A stretch of DNA of 64,000 nt from Amphiscolops sp. MND2022 (Eukaryota): positions 22,446,001 to 22,510,000 of the forward strand of contig OZ076409.1 in the NCBI GenBank assembly GCA_964187785.1. Direction: 5' to 3'. The notes beneath the pieces are model-generated. The model was given only the letters and a program-made list of their open reading frames with translations, ran no database searches and was not told where the DNA came from. The position numbers were made by a program, and so were the translations under genes. How positions within the stretch are numbered: position 1 is the first letter of the stretch; every line of letters starts with the position of its first letter. This document shows positions 12,788-25,079 of this stretch, piece by piece.

Positions 12788-15700
12788 GTTCCCTGGGTAC
12801 GAGAAAAAATGAGCCCGCTCGCATCCCATCACGAAAAGCATCTATTCTGCGTTGTCTTGTTGTGTAGGATTCTCCTGCCCGGTCGATTAATTCACTTTTT
12901 AGCTAAGAATCAGAGAAACTTCCTTGGCTGTAAAGTGTGCTAACATGAGACCCGTTGTCTTTACAGCCGGATAGGACCACAGCCATCAGAGAAGTGCAGA
13001 GACATTTCAACATTATGTATATTCAGAAAGAGTTTCTTTGCAATTGTCGAAAGTTTAAGTGAGTCGACTGATCGGTAGGACGTAATGGAGATGAATGTCG
13101 ACCTTAGGCAAGGAGACCTTAGGTCAACAGTTACAAATTTCGCGGGAAACTTCAGCAGGGGAAACTGATAATATACTTTTTGAAGCTTTCCCGAAAGGTA
13201 CTTCAAGTGGTTACGTTAACAGCGAAAGTGTTGTTGATTGCTAGTAAAGGTGTTTGCTAGCACTAGACTGCCATCAACACTCAACTACAAAACCCATCGG
13301 TCCGCTCAGCCAACTTTGACTGCTGAGCGAATCATATCCTTTCAATGAAAGAATGAATTTTTCTGAATGAAAATAATAAAACACGGCGAAAATTAATGGA
13401 ATGTTCTATAATTTGTAAAAGATGGAAAAGAGATGAACGAAATAAGGATAACATGATCAATAAATACACTGTGTATTTCACTGGCAGGTTCTGTAACACA
13501 ATAAAACTCTGATAATTACGCTATTGTGAGACGTAATTATCTTATAGTATATAGAAATGTACGTAGAGTCTTCATTGCCACGACGTCCGACAGAATGTAA
13601 TTAAGTAAGCAATAATAGCAATCAAGTAATTAACCGTCTTCGGTAAGTCAAGTCTTTCCAATCTGCTTGAGTAATAATACAAAGAGACTATCAGTCAATC
13701 TGACGTAAGGCATAGTAAACCAGTTGGTTCAATAGCTTCTAGCAAACGCTTTACATTCTAATTCCGGCATTATTGAGATTCGAATTCTTCTATTGTAATT
13801 TCGATTACAATTCTACTATTATTCCAATTGTCTTCCTGCATCAACCTTGTTGTTTGGTATTTACTGGGGCAATTGTGGTGAAATTTCAGCTTCTTAGAAT
13901 CGTCGGAACAGAATTGCATTCTTTGGACTGCCAGTCTGTCCAACCTACTTCGACCTAAATCCAAATTCGTCTTGAAGCTAATTCCCGATCCCCGATTTCA
14001 ATTCAACAGCAATCTACGTGGTTTGCAGGCGCTAGTATCCAAATCCAACAGCTGAAACTTAAAGTTCAAATTCTGCTTGCCATTTTAGACAAACATCAGA
14101 TTGGTTCTTCAAAATATTTTGTCAATTTTGAGCTGGATCAGGGTTTCCCATTGACTAAGTTTTTACTTCCTCCATCGTGGAATATTCAACCATAGGTATG
14201 AACATTGGAGTAAACTTGCATCCGGAAGACTTTCAAACGGGATAAGATGGATTTTTATAGTGGAAGTTGATCGCATGAATTTATTCCTTTCCGTTTAGGC
14301 AAACAAATGAGTGGCCAACCAATTCAAGAATCGCTTGAGGAAACAGAGAACAGGCCCCAACAAATACCGAAATTGAAGTCACCGAACGCCCTGTAGACAC
14401 AAGGTCCATAACTGATTTGTCCTCAACTAGCGACCCAAAAAGTTGTGGGGCATACTTCACGCGGAAGATGGAGTTGTTCTTTGTGGCCTTTGTATTGTAC
14501 GCCACTAAGTCCCTTTGTCGACGGGTATATATTGCAAACGAAGTCAGAATATTCCAAGTAAAAATACATGTCCTTGAGGACAGATAGCAAGAAAGGGACT
14601 TCGCAATATAATATTCTGACTAGTATCTGTATTCTTCAGTGTGGTTGCGGGTGGGGTTAGGGCGAAGGTTAGGTTGTATTTTCATCACCTATGACCTTTT
14701 TCTACAATCATTTCATCATTTTCGCTTTCTAATACTTCGGGCACGACAGTATCGCTTCCCCTGAAGGTGTTTTATCATCAGGACTTACTTCGTTGTCACT
14801 TCCATGCGTCATTTGATCAGAAAGAAGCACGTGATTGTGAAATTTGAATGTTGTAGGATGTATATCAGCAAAATAATGATCCTGTGGTCTACATGACACT
14901 TGTATATATAGAAGCCACAGCACGACATTCAAAAATATGGAAATCATGGTGTTAAAATCAGTCATTTGTCTCTGACGTCACAATGACGTTATGTTCATAA
15001 GACTAAAAATAACGTCAGGTTTGGTAAATGAACCCTGGAGGCTGACATTATTATTGCGTCACTATGATGACATACTAAATATAGTAACATTACTAGAACT
15101 GAAGATTTGAAATAGAGTGGGGCGAAGAAACAGCGTCATGCCTTTTAAGTCTAAAGCTTCCTTGACAGCACTTGAGATTTCGTTTGTTTACATTAATACA
15201 AGCTGATACAAATACTGCATGTAAATTCATGTTTTGGACCAGCGGTCCAAACGACTAAATGCAGCTAAGTGAATTAGCGCATAAATGCATGAATGATTGA
15301 ATGAGCACTGAAAGTTGATTGGTCAATAAAGTAAAAGGACCACCCGTCGAATTGACTAGTTAAGGCGCCAATTCGAACGCGTTCCTTTTCAACTTTCCAT
15401 TTACTTTTTTTTACTAAAAATTGATATTTTTACAGCAAATTCAAAGCTTCTAGCTTCCTGGTTTACATGTCAAATAGATACGAATCATAATAAATCAATG
15501 AATGAACTAGAATTGTACTATATTCTGCATATTAAGCACAGGAAAACAATTTTAACTAAAGGTCGCACTTGGGCGAATGGACCGACGGTTCGTAAACTTT
15601 TAAAATTGTAAAAATGGACAGTTTATAAAGACTAGATGTTCACAAAAGTTGTTCAAACGTGGACTGACAGTCCACGTGGCTTCTAGAGGCAAAACTCTTC

Positions 15701-17700
15701 TATCGTTTGCCATCACTTGGTACAAATTCTTATCGCAGGCGGCAGCCTGCGACAGTTCCCTGGGTACGAGAAAAAATGAGCCCGCTCGCATCCCATCACG
15801 AAAAGCATCTATTCTGCGTTGTCTTGTTGTGTAGGATTCTCCTGCCCGGTCGATTAATTCACTTTTTAGCTAAGAATCAGAGAAACTTCCTTGGCTGTAA
15901 AGTGTGCTAACATGAGACCCGTTGTCTTTACAGCCGGATAGGACCACAGCCATCAGAGAAGTGCAGAGACATTTCAACATTATGTATATTCAGAAAGAGT
16001 TTCTTTGCAATTGTCGAAAGTTTAAGTGAGTCGACTGATCGGTAGGACGTAATGGAGATGAATGTCGACCTTAGGCAAGGAGACCTTAGGTCAACAGTTA
16101 CAAATTTCGCGGGAAACTTCAGCAGGGGAAACTGATAATATACTTTTTGAAGCTTTCCCGAAAGGTACTTCAAGTGGTTACGTTAACAGCGAAAATGTTG
16201 TTGATTGCTAGTAAAGGTGTTTGCTAGCGCTAGACTGCCATCAACACTCAACTACAAAACCCATCGGTCCGCTCAGCCAACTTTGACTGCTGAGCGAATC
16301 ATATCCTTTCAATAAAAGAATGAAATTTTCTGAATGAAAATAATAAAACATGGCGAAAATGGTTCTGTAACACAATAAAATTCTGATAATTACGCTATTG
16401 TGAGACGTAATTATCTTATAGTATATAGAATTGTACGTAGAGTCTTCATAGCCACGACGTCCGACAGAATGTAATTAAGTAAGCAATAATAGCAATCAAG
16501 TAATTAACCGTCTTCGGTAAGTCAAGTTTTTCCAATCTGCTTGAGTAATAATACAAAGAGGCTATCAGTCAATCTGACGTAAGGCATAGTAAACCAGTTG
16601 GTTCAATAGCTTCTAGCAAACGCTTTACATTCTAATTCCGGCATTATTGAGATTCGAATTCTTCTATTGTAATTTCGATTACAATTCTACTATTACTCCA
16701 ATTGTCTTCCTGCATCAACCTTGTTGTTTGGTATTTATTGGGGCAATTGTGGTGAAATTTCAGCTTCTTAGAATCGTCGGAACAGAATTGCATTCTTTGG
16801 ACTGCCAGTCTGTCCAACTTACTTCGACCTAAATCCAAATTTGTCTTGAAGCTAATTCCCGATCCCCGATTTCAATTCAACAGCAATCTACGTGGCTTGC
16901 AGGCGCTAGTATCCGAATCCAACAGCTGAAACTTAAAGTTCAAATTCTGCTTGCCATTTTAGACAAACATCAGGTTGGTTCTTCAAAATATTTTGTCAAT
17001 TTTGAGCTTGATCAGGGTTTCCCATTGACTAAGTTTTTACTTCCTCCATCGTGAAATATTCAACCATAGGTATGAACATTGGAGTAAACTTGCATCCGGA
17101 AGATTTTCAAACGGGATAAGATGGATTTTTATAGTGGAAGTTGATCGCATGAATTTATTTCTTTCCGTTTATGCAAAAAAATGAGTGGCCAACCAATTCA
17201 AGAATCGCTTGAGGAAACAGAGAACAGGCCCCAACAAATACCGAAATTGAAGTCACAGAACGCCCTGTAGACACAAGGTCCATAACTGATTTGTCCTCAA
17301 CTAGCGACCCAAAAAGTTGTGGGGCATACTTCACGCGAAAGATGGAGTTGTTCTTTGTGGCCTTTGTATTGTACGCCACTAAGTCCCTTTGTCGACGGGT
17401 ATATATTTCAAAAGAAGTCAGAATATTCCAAGTAAAAATACATGTCCTTGAGGACAGATAGCAAGAAAGGGACTTCGCAATATAATATTCTGACTAGTAT
17501 CTGTATTCTTCAGTGTGGTTGAGGGTGGGGTTAGGGCGAAGGTTAGGTTGTATTTTCATCACCTATGACCTTTTTCTACAATCATTTCATCATTTTCGCT
17601 TTCTAATACTTCGGGAACGATAGTATCGCTTCCCCTGAAGGTGTTTTATCATCAGGACTTACTTCGTTGTCACTTCCATGCGTCATTTGATCAGAAAGAA
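11861..17700. repeat. Near-identical tandem duplication (11861-14825 and 14826-17700)
   Basis: Identical ORF translations recur at ~2967-bp offset. The second unit lacks ~93 bp (13396-13488 equivalent) at ~16360. Confidence 0.95.
11938..12015 (-). promoter_or_regulatory. Putative LTR promoter of element A: TATA box and CRE palindrome
   Basis: TATATATA at 11938-11945 and TGACGTCA at 12008-12015, upstream (on minus) of the LTR-borne ORF. Both are retained in all three LTR copies. Confidence 0.45.
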
Positions 17701-17890
17701 TTTCTTCGGTCTCATCTCGTCCTGTGGACTGAAGGTCCACATCAGTCAAATATTAATCAGAGGGTCCTGAATGATCCTCTGGACTGCTAGTATGTCAGCA
17801 TTAGCTCCATTAGGTAAATTTAGTTAGTTTGTAATGAAAACAGTGAAATCACAAAGATTAGTTTCCCAAGTAATAACATATAAAGTATCC

Positions 17891-20464
17891 TGTGGGCAAC
17901 ATGCGAACCCCTTCTCAAGGTATAAGGATGATCTGTGAAATTGTTCACATGGATCATAGTTCGACCTTGAGTCAATGTGACCAAGGCAGCACAAAACGCA
18001 ACATCACCATCCTCAAGGAGGGTAGTGCTCGGCTGAAATATGGCTGTGACCGTAGTGTCTGCATACATTTGGGAATTTATGGAGATCAATTGCCTGCCAT
18101 TTGGGGGAATTGTGATATCCTCCTTTGTACTGATAGGCTCCATGACATTGGTATACTTGTGATCCGCTGACTTTAATTGCATCGAAAAAGGGGAAATTTA
18201 GGACTCCTTGTCTCATATCCAAAAAAAGTTTTGTTCCGCTGAAGGAACGAGAGACCAAATGACGAATTGTGGGCTTTTGCATAACTATGAAAAATTCGTA
18301 GAAATCTTTATCGCAGACTTCAATTTTCAATCCGACAGTGCTCTTTGGATTTTCCAACTGCCCAATTGCAACCATTATTTGGAAGTTGGGAGCTGGGCCC
18401 TCTTTTATAAACGACTGAGGGGCTAATAATTGAATTTTACGTATATCAGTTTCTGGGATCGCGCTACAAGGCCATCTAATGTAAGTTCGCCAAATTGCAT
18501 TAGAAGATAGAGCTTTCGCCGTTTATACTTGAGTCCAAGATTGGTAGTCAGCGGTACGTGGTCCGGGACCTCCATTCTCGTGATGAGAGTATCGACATAT
18601 CGGGCTTCGACGGCTGTTGTCAAAGAGACTTGTGGTCCAGTTTTTGGTGTCACATCTGCTGGTTCATGTTGATCCGGCAGAAGCGGCAGAGTGTGGATTA
18701 ACTGCCATGGGTCAACTAACGCATTTGTTAGTGTCTGGTTCAGGGCCTGATCGATTTGAGAAGAATCAGGCTCTATTTTAATGTCTGGTTTGTCGAAATT
18801 AGTATTGAAAAATAAATGATGCTGATTGTAGGTGTGTGTGTCACAATGAGGGTCAAAACTGTAGTCAGGGTCATTGTGGTAAGAATTGCAGTCATCTATA
18901 AGGGGTATGGAACGAGTATGGTGCGTAGTCGTATTGGTCCGTCGGACCGATGGTCCACCAATTTTTGCAAAATTGATGGGATGGTCTTCATTTGCTGCTG
19001 CCAGTCAACTGAAGCCGTTTCCCTGAACGAAGAGTAATATTCTGTATAATATACAGTAGCTGCCTCAGAGATTATGTACTGTCTGATTTGAAGTTTGTCA
19101 TTATTCTGGATTCGTGGCCAATCTAGTTTTTAGACTTTTAAGAATAGAGTTTGTTGTCTTGGTGTTGATATCACCTTGGCTAGTAGACGCATAGTCTGTT
19201 TTGGAATTTTCGAGTATTGAGTTTTGGGTTTAAAATGGACTGCTGTCCCTTTCCAACGCCGTTCGGCCTGGTGGTTCGTTTTGTCGCATGTGGGACTTTT
19301 CGGATATTTCTTCTTAGCAGATTGTCCATCATTGCTCTTCACGTTGGCTTGCTCCTTGCGTTTAAGCTTCCGAATGTCGTCGTTGACGTGACCTGGTGGT
19401 TTTTTGCAGCAGTTGCAAGTGGCCAGGGGCGAGAAGTCCAGTCCTCGGCCGCGATGTGGATGGTGCCGAGGTCATGGTATGAACGGGTAGATCGTCTTTT
19501 TTCTCAAGGCCGTTTAGTTCTTGCCGTGTTGATATTTCAAAAATTTTTGCGCAATAACGATTGAAAATGGTTTATCTTCATCGTTTTGCCATGTTGAGTT
19601 GCATGTTTCATCATAGTATAAAAAATGTCTGCAAAGCGTTCGAATTTTTCTGATTTGCCATCAAACGTCAGTAATGATTTGCTATTCATTCCGACCAACA
19701 CGTCTGCAAGGCGTCTGATGGGGTCTGAGTTGTCATGGTTGACACTGGTCTCTGGGACCGAAGGGATATTTTTCGAAGACTGACCGTGTGGGGGGTTTTG
19801 ATTCCGTGTGCCAATTCGGGAGTGCATGGGCGGTCCAGTAGGAAATTCAGGAACCGTACGAGGGGTTGGGTTGGCTCCTGTCACCATGTCGCGATCAACC
19901 CTATAGTCTAACGAACTAAATGAGCCGTCTTGTGATCTGGGATGATTGTTAGAATTTATCGAAGTAAGTTTTTAAATGTTTCGCCAAGCATTTTGATGCT
20001 TTTTACCTTCGGTGGTCCTGCTGAATCTACTGGAATTGTGGTACACTTCTTCCCGAGTCACAGGATTTTGACTACATAAAGTATTTTGGATATTTGGAAG
20101 GATTTTGTCGGTAATTGCTGAATTTATAGTCTCAACTATTTGGTAATTTAATCCCTTCTTAGTTCTCCTATTTTCTTGGAAACTTCAGAATTCACCAGTC
20201 TCATGGTCTCAATAGTAGTTTCACAATCACTGTTTTCCCTACTATTTGAATTCAAAAGTGATCTGAAATCTTCGCTTTTTTAACTACGTCCACCCTGGTC
20301 CTGTTGGACTCAAGGTCCACTTCATCATTTCTATCACCAGAATTACTTTCTAGTTCATTTCTTGAGTATGTACCCAGCTTTCTGTCTAGATTTTCTGTAT
20401 CAGACATCAAGTGTACTTGTCTAGAGCGTCTTTCCTTGGCTCTTGGTTTTCTAGTTGAAGGCAT
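17891..20464 (-). pseudogene. gag-protease-dUTPase-like remnant of element A
   Basis: MPSTRK... start in the LTR. LTFDGKSEKFERF..., KINHFQSLLRK, degenerate knuckles. KLYLLMQFGELTLDGL (protease region). DITIPPNGRQLI...HVNNFTDHPYTLRRGSHVA (dUTPase-like spacer). Confidence 0.75.
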
Positions 20465-21523
20465 TGAAAAATTTATTGCTTATTGGATTTGTTTTGAACT
20501 GAATCAAATGTAGTAGTGAACAGATATCGTAATACAAATCGTATATGTATTGAGGATAATGGGACTATTGGTCAGTTCTGATAACTGAAGTATTTAGCAC
20601 GTGATTGTGAGATTTGAATGTTGTAGGATGTATATCAGCAAAATATTGATCCTGTGGTCTACATGACCCTTGTATATATAGAAGTAACAGCATGACATTC
20701 AAAATTATGGAAATCATGGTGTTAAAATTAGTCATTTGTCCCTGACGTCACAATGACGTTATGTTCATAGGACTAAAAATAGCGTCAGGTTTGGGTAAAT
20801 GAACCTTGGAGGCTGACACTATTATTGCGTCACTATGATGACATACTAACTATAGTAACATTACTAGAACTGAAGGTTTGAAATAGAGTGGGGGGACGAA
20901 ACGGCGTCACGCCTTTTAAGTCTAAAGCTTCATTGACAGCACTTGAGATTTCATTTGTTTACATTAATACAAGTTGATACAAATACTGCATGTAAATTCA
21001 TGTTTTGAACCAGCAGTCCAAATGACTAATTGCAGCTAAGTGAATTAGCGCATCAATGCATGAATGAATGAATGAGCACTGAATGATGATTGGTCAATAA
21101 AGTAAAAGGACCACACGTCGAATTGACTAGTTGAGGCGTCAATTCGAACGCGTTCCTTTTCAACTTTCCAGTTACTTTTATACTGCAAATTGATATTTTT
21201 ACAACTAATTCAAAGCTTCTAGCTTCCTGGTTTACATGTCAAATAGGTACAAATCATCATAAATCAATGAATGAACTAGAATTGTCCTATATTCTGCATC
21301 TTAAGCACAGGAAAACAATTTTAACTGAAGGTAGCACTTAGGCGAATGGACCGACTGTTCGTAAAATTTTAAAATTGTATAAATGGACAGTTTATAAAGA
21401 CTAGATGTTAAAAAAAATTGTTCAAACATGAACTGACGGTCCACGTGGCCTCTAGAGGCAAAACTCCTCCATCGCTTGCCATCACTTGGTACAAATTCTC
21501 ATCGCAGGCGGGAGGCTGTGACA
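19887..21523 (-). repeat. 5' LTR of element A (~1.64 kb)
   Basis: Co-linear with 11138-12787; followed by the PBS on the minus strand. Confidence 0.9.
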
Positions 21524-21528
21524 ATAAT

Positions 21529-21780
21529 GACACCTGATTGAGTTGGTTGGTAGTTACACTGCGAATTATCACTTCATTGAAGATCGGTTACTGCAGTTAC
21601 CCTAGGTACCATGTTATTGAATATGTAAAGTATACGGAACTACATGTTAATGTTAACTAGGTGAAGGTTGGTTAAACCGGTCGATTTTTACGCAATGGTA
21701 GTTTAGAAGAAATTGAATTTGATAATCCAGGCGACTGAGGCGTGTCGTCGTTTAAATACTTCATGCTTTTTAGCATGACA
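21529..21780 (-). repeat. 3' LTR of element B, proximal part
   Basis: Matches 30981-31070 and 31317-31491 (taccatgttattgaatatgtaaagtat), with an internal segment absent. Confidence 0.85.
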
Positions 21781-24700
21781 TTCCTTTTTGCTTGAAAAAG
21801 AGTGAGTCGGTAGGAAAAAACCTTCAGTACTAGTGGTTACTGATTGGTTAAGCATCTGGCGGTGCACTTGGTGTAATTGGGAGAGTGGTCGTCACTGCTT
21901 GTATTTGCTGCAATGAAAAATTCTAGTAAGGTATTGATCTCTGGCGTCTGTGGCGGTATATATAGATTGTTCGTCAATGGCTACTGAGTGTAATGGTGTT
22001 ACTTTCCGGGTGATTCATGGCTAGTTAGTCGGCTCATACACCGTGGTGTAATCGTGTTCCGCTTTGCAAATAGTATTAACTAGTTGCTCTGAGTAGCGGT
22101 TATGCTTCTTGGCTGCATCATTCAGATGATGGTTCTGATTTGAGCAAACATCAAGTTGGTGAATGACGGCTGAGCCTTCGTGACGTCTCAGTAGTGAAAG
22201 TAAATAAAGCAGAAGTTAGAAGTTAGAGAAAGTCAAGTGGCTGAAAAAGCCACGTCATCTGGTCGTGCGCGTTGGTGGGGAGTAAAGTAAAGAGTATATT
22301 GGTTGATTAACAGTTTCGCAGCATACGAATAACTGTCAACAACGTGTCAATTGAGATAATTCAGCAGTCACACAACAAACGCCGAAAGGTATCCGTCATT
22401 GTCATCAACTTTATTTTGCTATCATTCCTTTGACCCTTTCGAGCACGGGATTCCTGTATTCCTTGGGTGTGTGGATTCTAAGCGGGAATATCAAAACGTT
22501 TTCTTGGTGCAAAATGTTTTTGATTTCTATTTTAAACTGCAGAGGTGAGGTGAGCGTGGTTGGCGACGTAAAATCGTCGTCTCGAAAAAATTTCCGATTT
22601 TTGAAAATTTTTGTCTGCTGGATGTTGTCTCAAATGGGGAGCAAAAATAACGGTCGCCTCTTTTTGTGAGTATTAAAACCCTTTATCAAAAGATAAATGT
22701 GGTTGATCAGTCCACATCACCGTGACGCAAAGGCCTTGAGTTTGGTACCTGATTGTCGTCGTTGTCCTATCCATTACTGTATTATCGTTAGTTATCCTTG
22801 TTTCTAACTGACGTTTGATTTATGTCAGTTGATTCAACACTATATCCGGAATCGTCTACAGTTTTTTCAGTGTTCTCCAGTTTGCTCGAGTCAGCACGAG
22901 ATGATTAAGCATTATGTCGCAGGTGTCGGACACTATTGGTGACGAATTAGAGGGAGTCGATGCCGAGATAGTGGGAGAGAACAAACCTCCTGTCTTTTGC
23001 CGTCTGGCTAATCGTATTCCAACATTGTCTTAAGAATTTCGTGAGTGTGACTGGTTTTGATTTCTTTATTTGCCTTTCTTTTGCTTTGTTTTGTGTGCGG
23101 AGTCACCTGTACTTGCTATCGGAATGTAGTCGTCCATTGCACGGCATCTTCATTGTGCTAAACTGTCAACACCAGCGCATTTGAGTTGTGGGTAATTCCT
23201 TTACGATAATTCATTAGTTCCGGTTGTCTGAGGTACAACTGTTTATTGTTTCAGAAAATGTAAATATGATGGAACTACTTGACCATCTCTGACCGTTCCA
23301 CAGGGTTGATACAAGACTTTCGCAAAAGGTTGACACCGAAGAGCCTTCGGTGTTGCGCCGTTTGGACGCCTTTCTCAGTAGTTAACTGGTAAGTCGGAAT
23401 TTCTGTACCATTAGCTTGATTTGTTCATCCACATAAATAAAACATTAAATTCTGGATCAGAATAAGTACCTTAATGCTCATATTTATCCCTTGTAGTAAA
23501 CATTTAGCAACGTAATGCTCATAGAGTAGTACGTTGCTGAATGTCTACTACAAGGGATAAAGTGTCGTTCCTAGTTAGGCAGATTCAAGTGTAAGAGTTT
23601 CGTCACAGTAATCTCTTGCAGCGATGATGGAGAGGCTGGAAAATCAAATTGCTGGCTTCGTCAAGGCGGCTGTGGAGTCAACTTTAGGACTTGGGACTGT
23701 CGAGGCACTCACGGTCGACGTCTTCATGCGACGTCTGCAAGAGGCAATACGGAGGTATCCGTTTGCGCATCAACTTTGTCACCAAGTGTTGACGTAGTGC
23801 CGGCTGAGCAGTTGGTGCCTTGACGTAGCCCATCTTTGGCTCGTGGTGATGCAGCGGGTTCTGTCAGGTCTTGTTCTCTGGTGCCCTCAGACTTTGGAGT
23901 CAGTGTGTCTAACACTCCAACAGTGGCCATCTCCAAGAAACCTCGTAAGAACCTCTTAAGATCACATGAGGGGTTTCAGAGGAAAAGGGTGTTAATTCTA
24001 CTCGTATTTGGGAGATATGAACTAGAACCAGTATGACCGTTTAATTTAGTTGTTACGGTTTTGAACGTGTCTACTAAAGGGGGAGACTATTTACATTGGC
24101 AAAAGTACAAAAACTGGTTTTCGTGTAATTTTTGTTGGATCTAGTTTAGCACCAAAACGTGCTTTTTTGGCTGGGTAATTCCATTTATTCCGGTCAACTC
24201 AACCTGAGTTGAATATGCAGAAATTGTAGGACACTTTTTTTTACCATATCTTGTTGTTTAATTACATAAATTGCATAAAATATCAGCGAATAAAAAGTAG
24301 ATTATATGTATTTTGCGTTGCGGAAGTGATAATGACGACTAAAGGCATGCCTGGTTCTTGGTCATCTTGAACCTAATGTTTGTTTGTTTAATTAACCAGT
24401 GATGGTATTTGATTTTTATTTCCGCTCTACTAGAGCGAGACGACAGTGAGTAGCCGTCGTCACCAAGCATTGATAGCGGTTTAAATAGTTTTGGAAAAGA
24501 AACTATTCTTCGGTAAGATATGTTTCAAGTTTACATTCTACTTGTATTTTAAGCAAAAGTAGAACATTCCCATCGTGTGTTTTCATTCTGTTTTTTCAGT
24601 TAATGATTTTATATTGCATGAAGTTAAGTAATGCTTGCTTGACTTGGAGCTTGTGTACTAAGAATTTTTGATGAGTTTTCGGGTTTTGTGCACTCCTGAG

Positions 24701-25079
24701 GTTATTTATTTTTAGTCGCATTGTTGCGCAAAAGGACTTGAACTTGGCTGCTTATACTAGCTTGGTCATTTTGATTGACTACAGAGTCTTCACTTGGATT
24801 GTTTAGCTATATGTTTATTTCGGGTTCAACGTCTGAAACTTCAGGACGTGGTGCAGTTTGTTTGCGGTAGATTTTCTGGAATTGGTCGTTTTGTTCTGGA
24901 ATTGAGAGTTGTGTGTGTTCGTACTAGATAGAACCGTAAGCAGAGTTTTAATTTCTTCGCGTTCGGTAGTTTTGATCGAAGAATACAGCTTGCGGAATAT
25001 GTTCATTGGAGTGACTTTGGTCATCGGCCGAGCGCGGGTCAGCGTAAAAACGGTTTCAATCTTTCTCAATGTCCGATAT

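Larger units (their letters stand above)
11138..21523 (-). mobile_element. Ty3/Gypsy-like LTR element A, internally deleted (no RT/RH/IN), nested in the 3' LTR of B
   Basis: LTRs 19887-21523 and 11138-12787 with TG...CA ends. PBS-like TGGTGACAGG at 19886. TSD gtaat (11133-11137) / ataat (21524-21528). gag and protease remnants end abruptly at ~17891. Confidence 0.9.
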
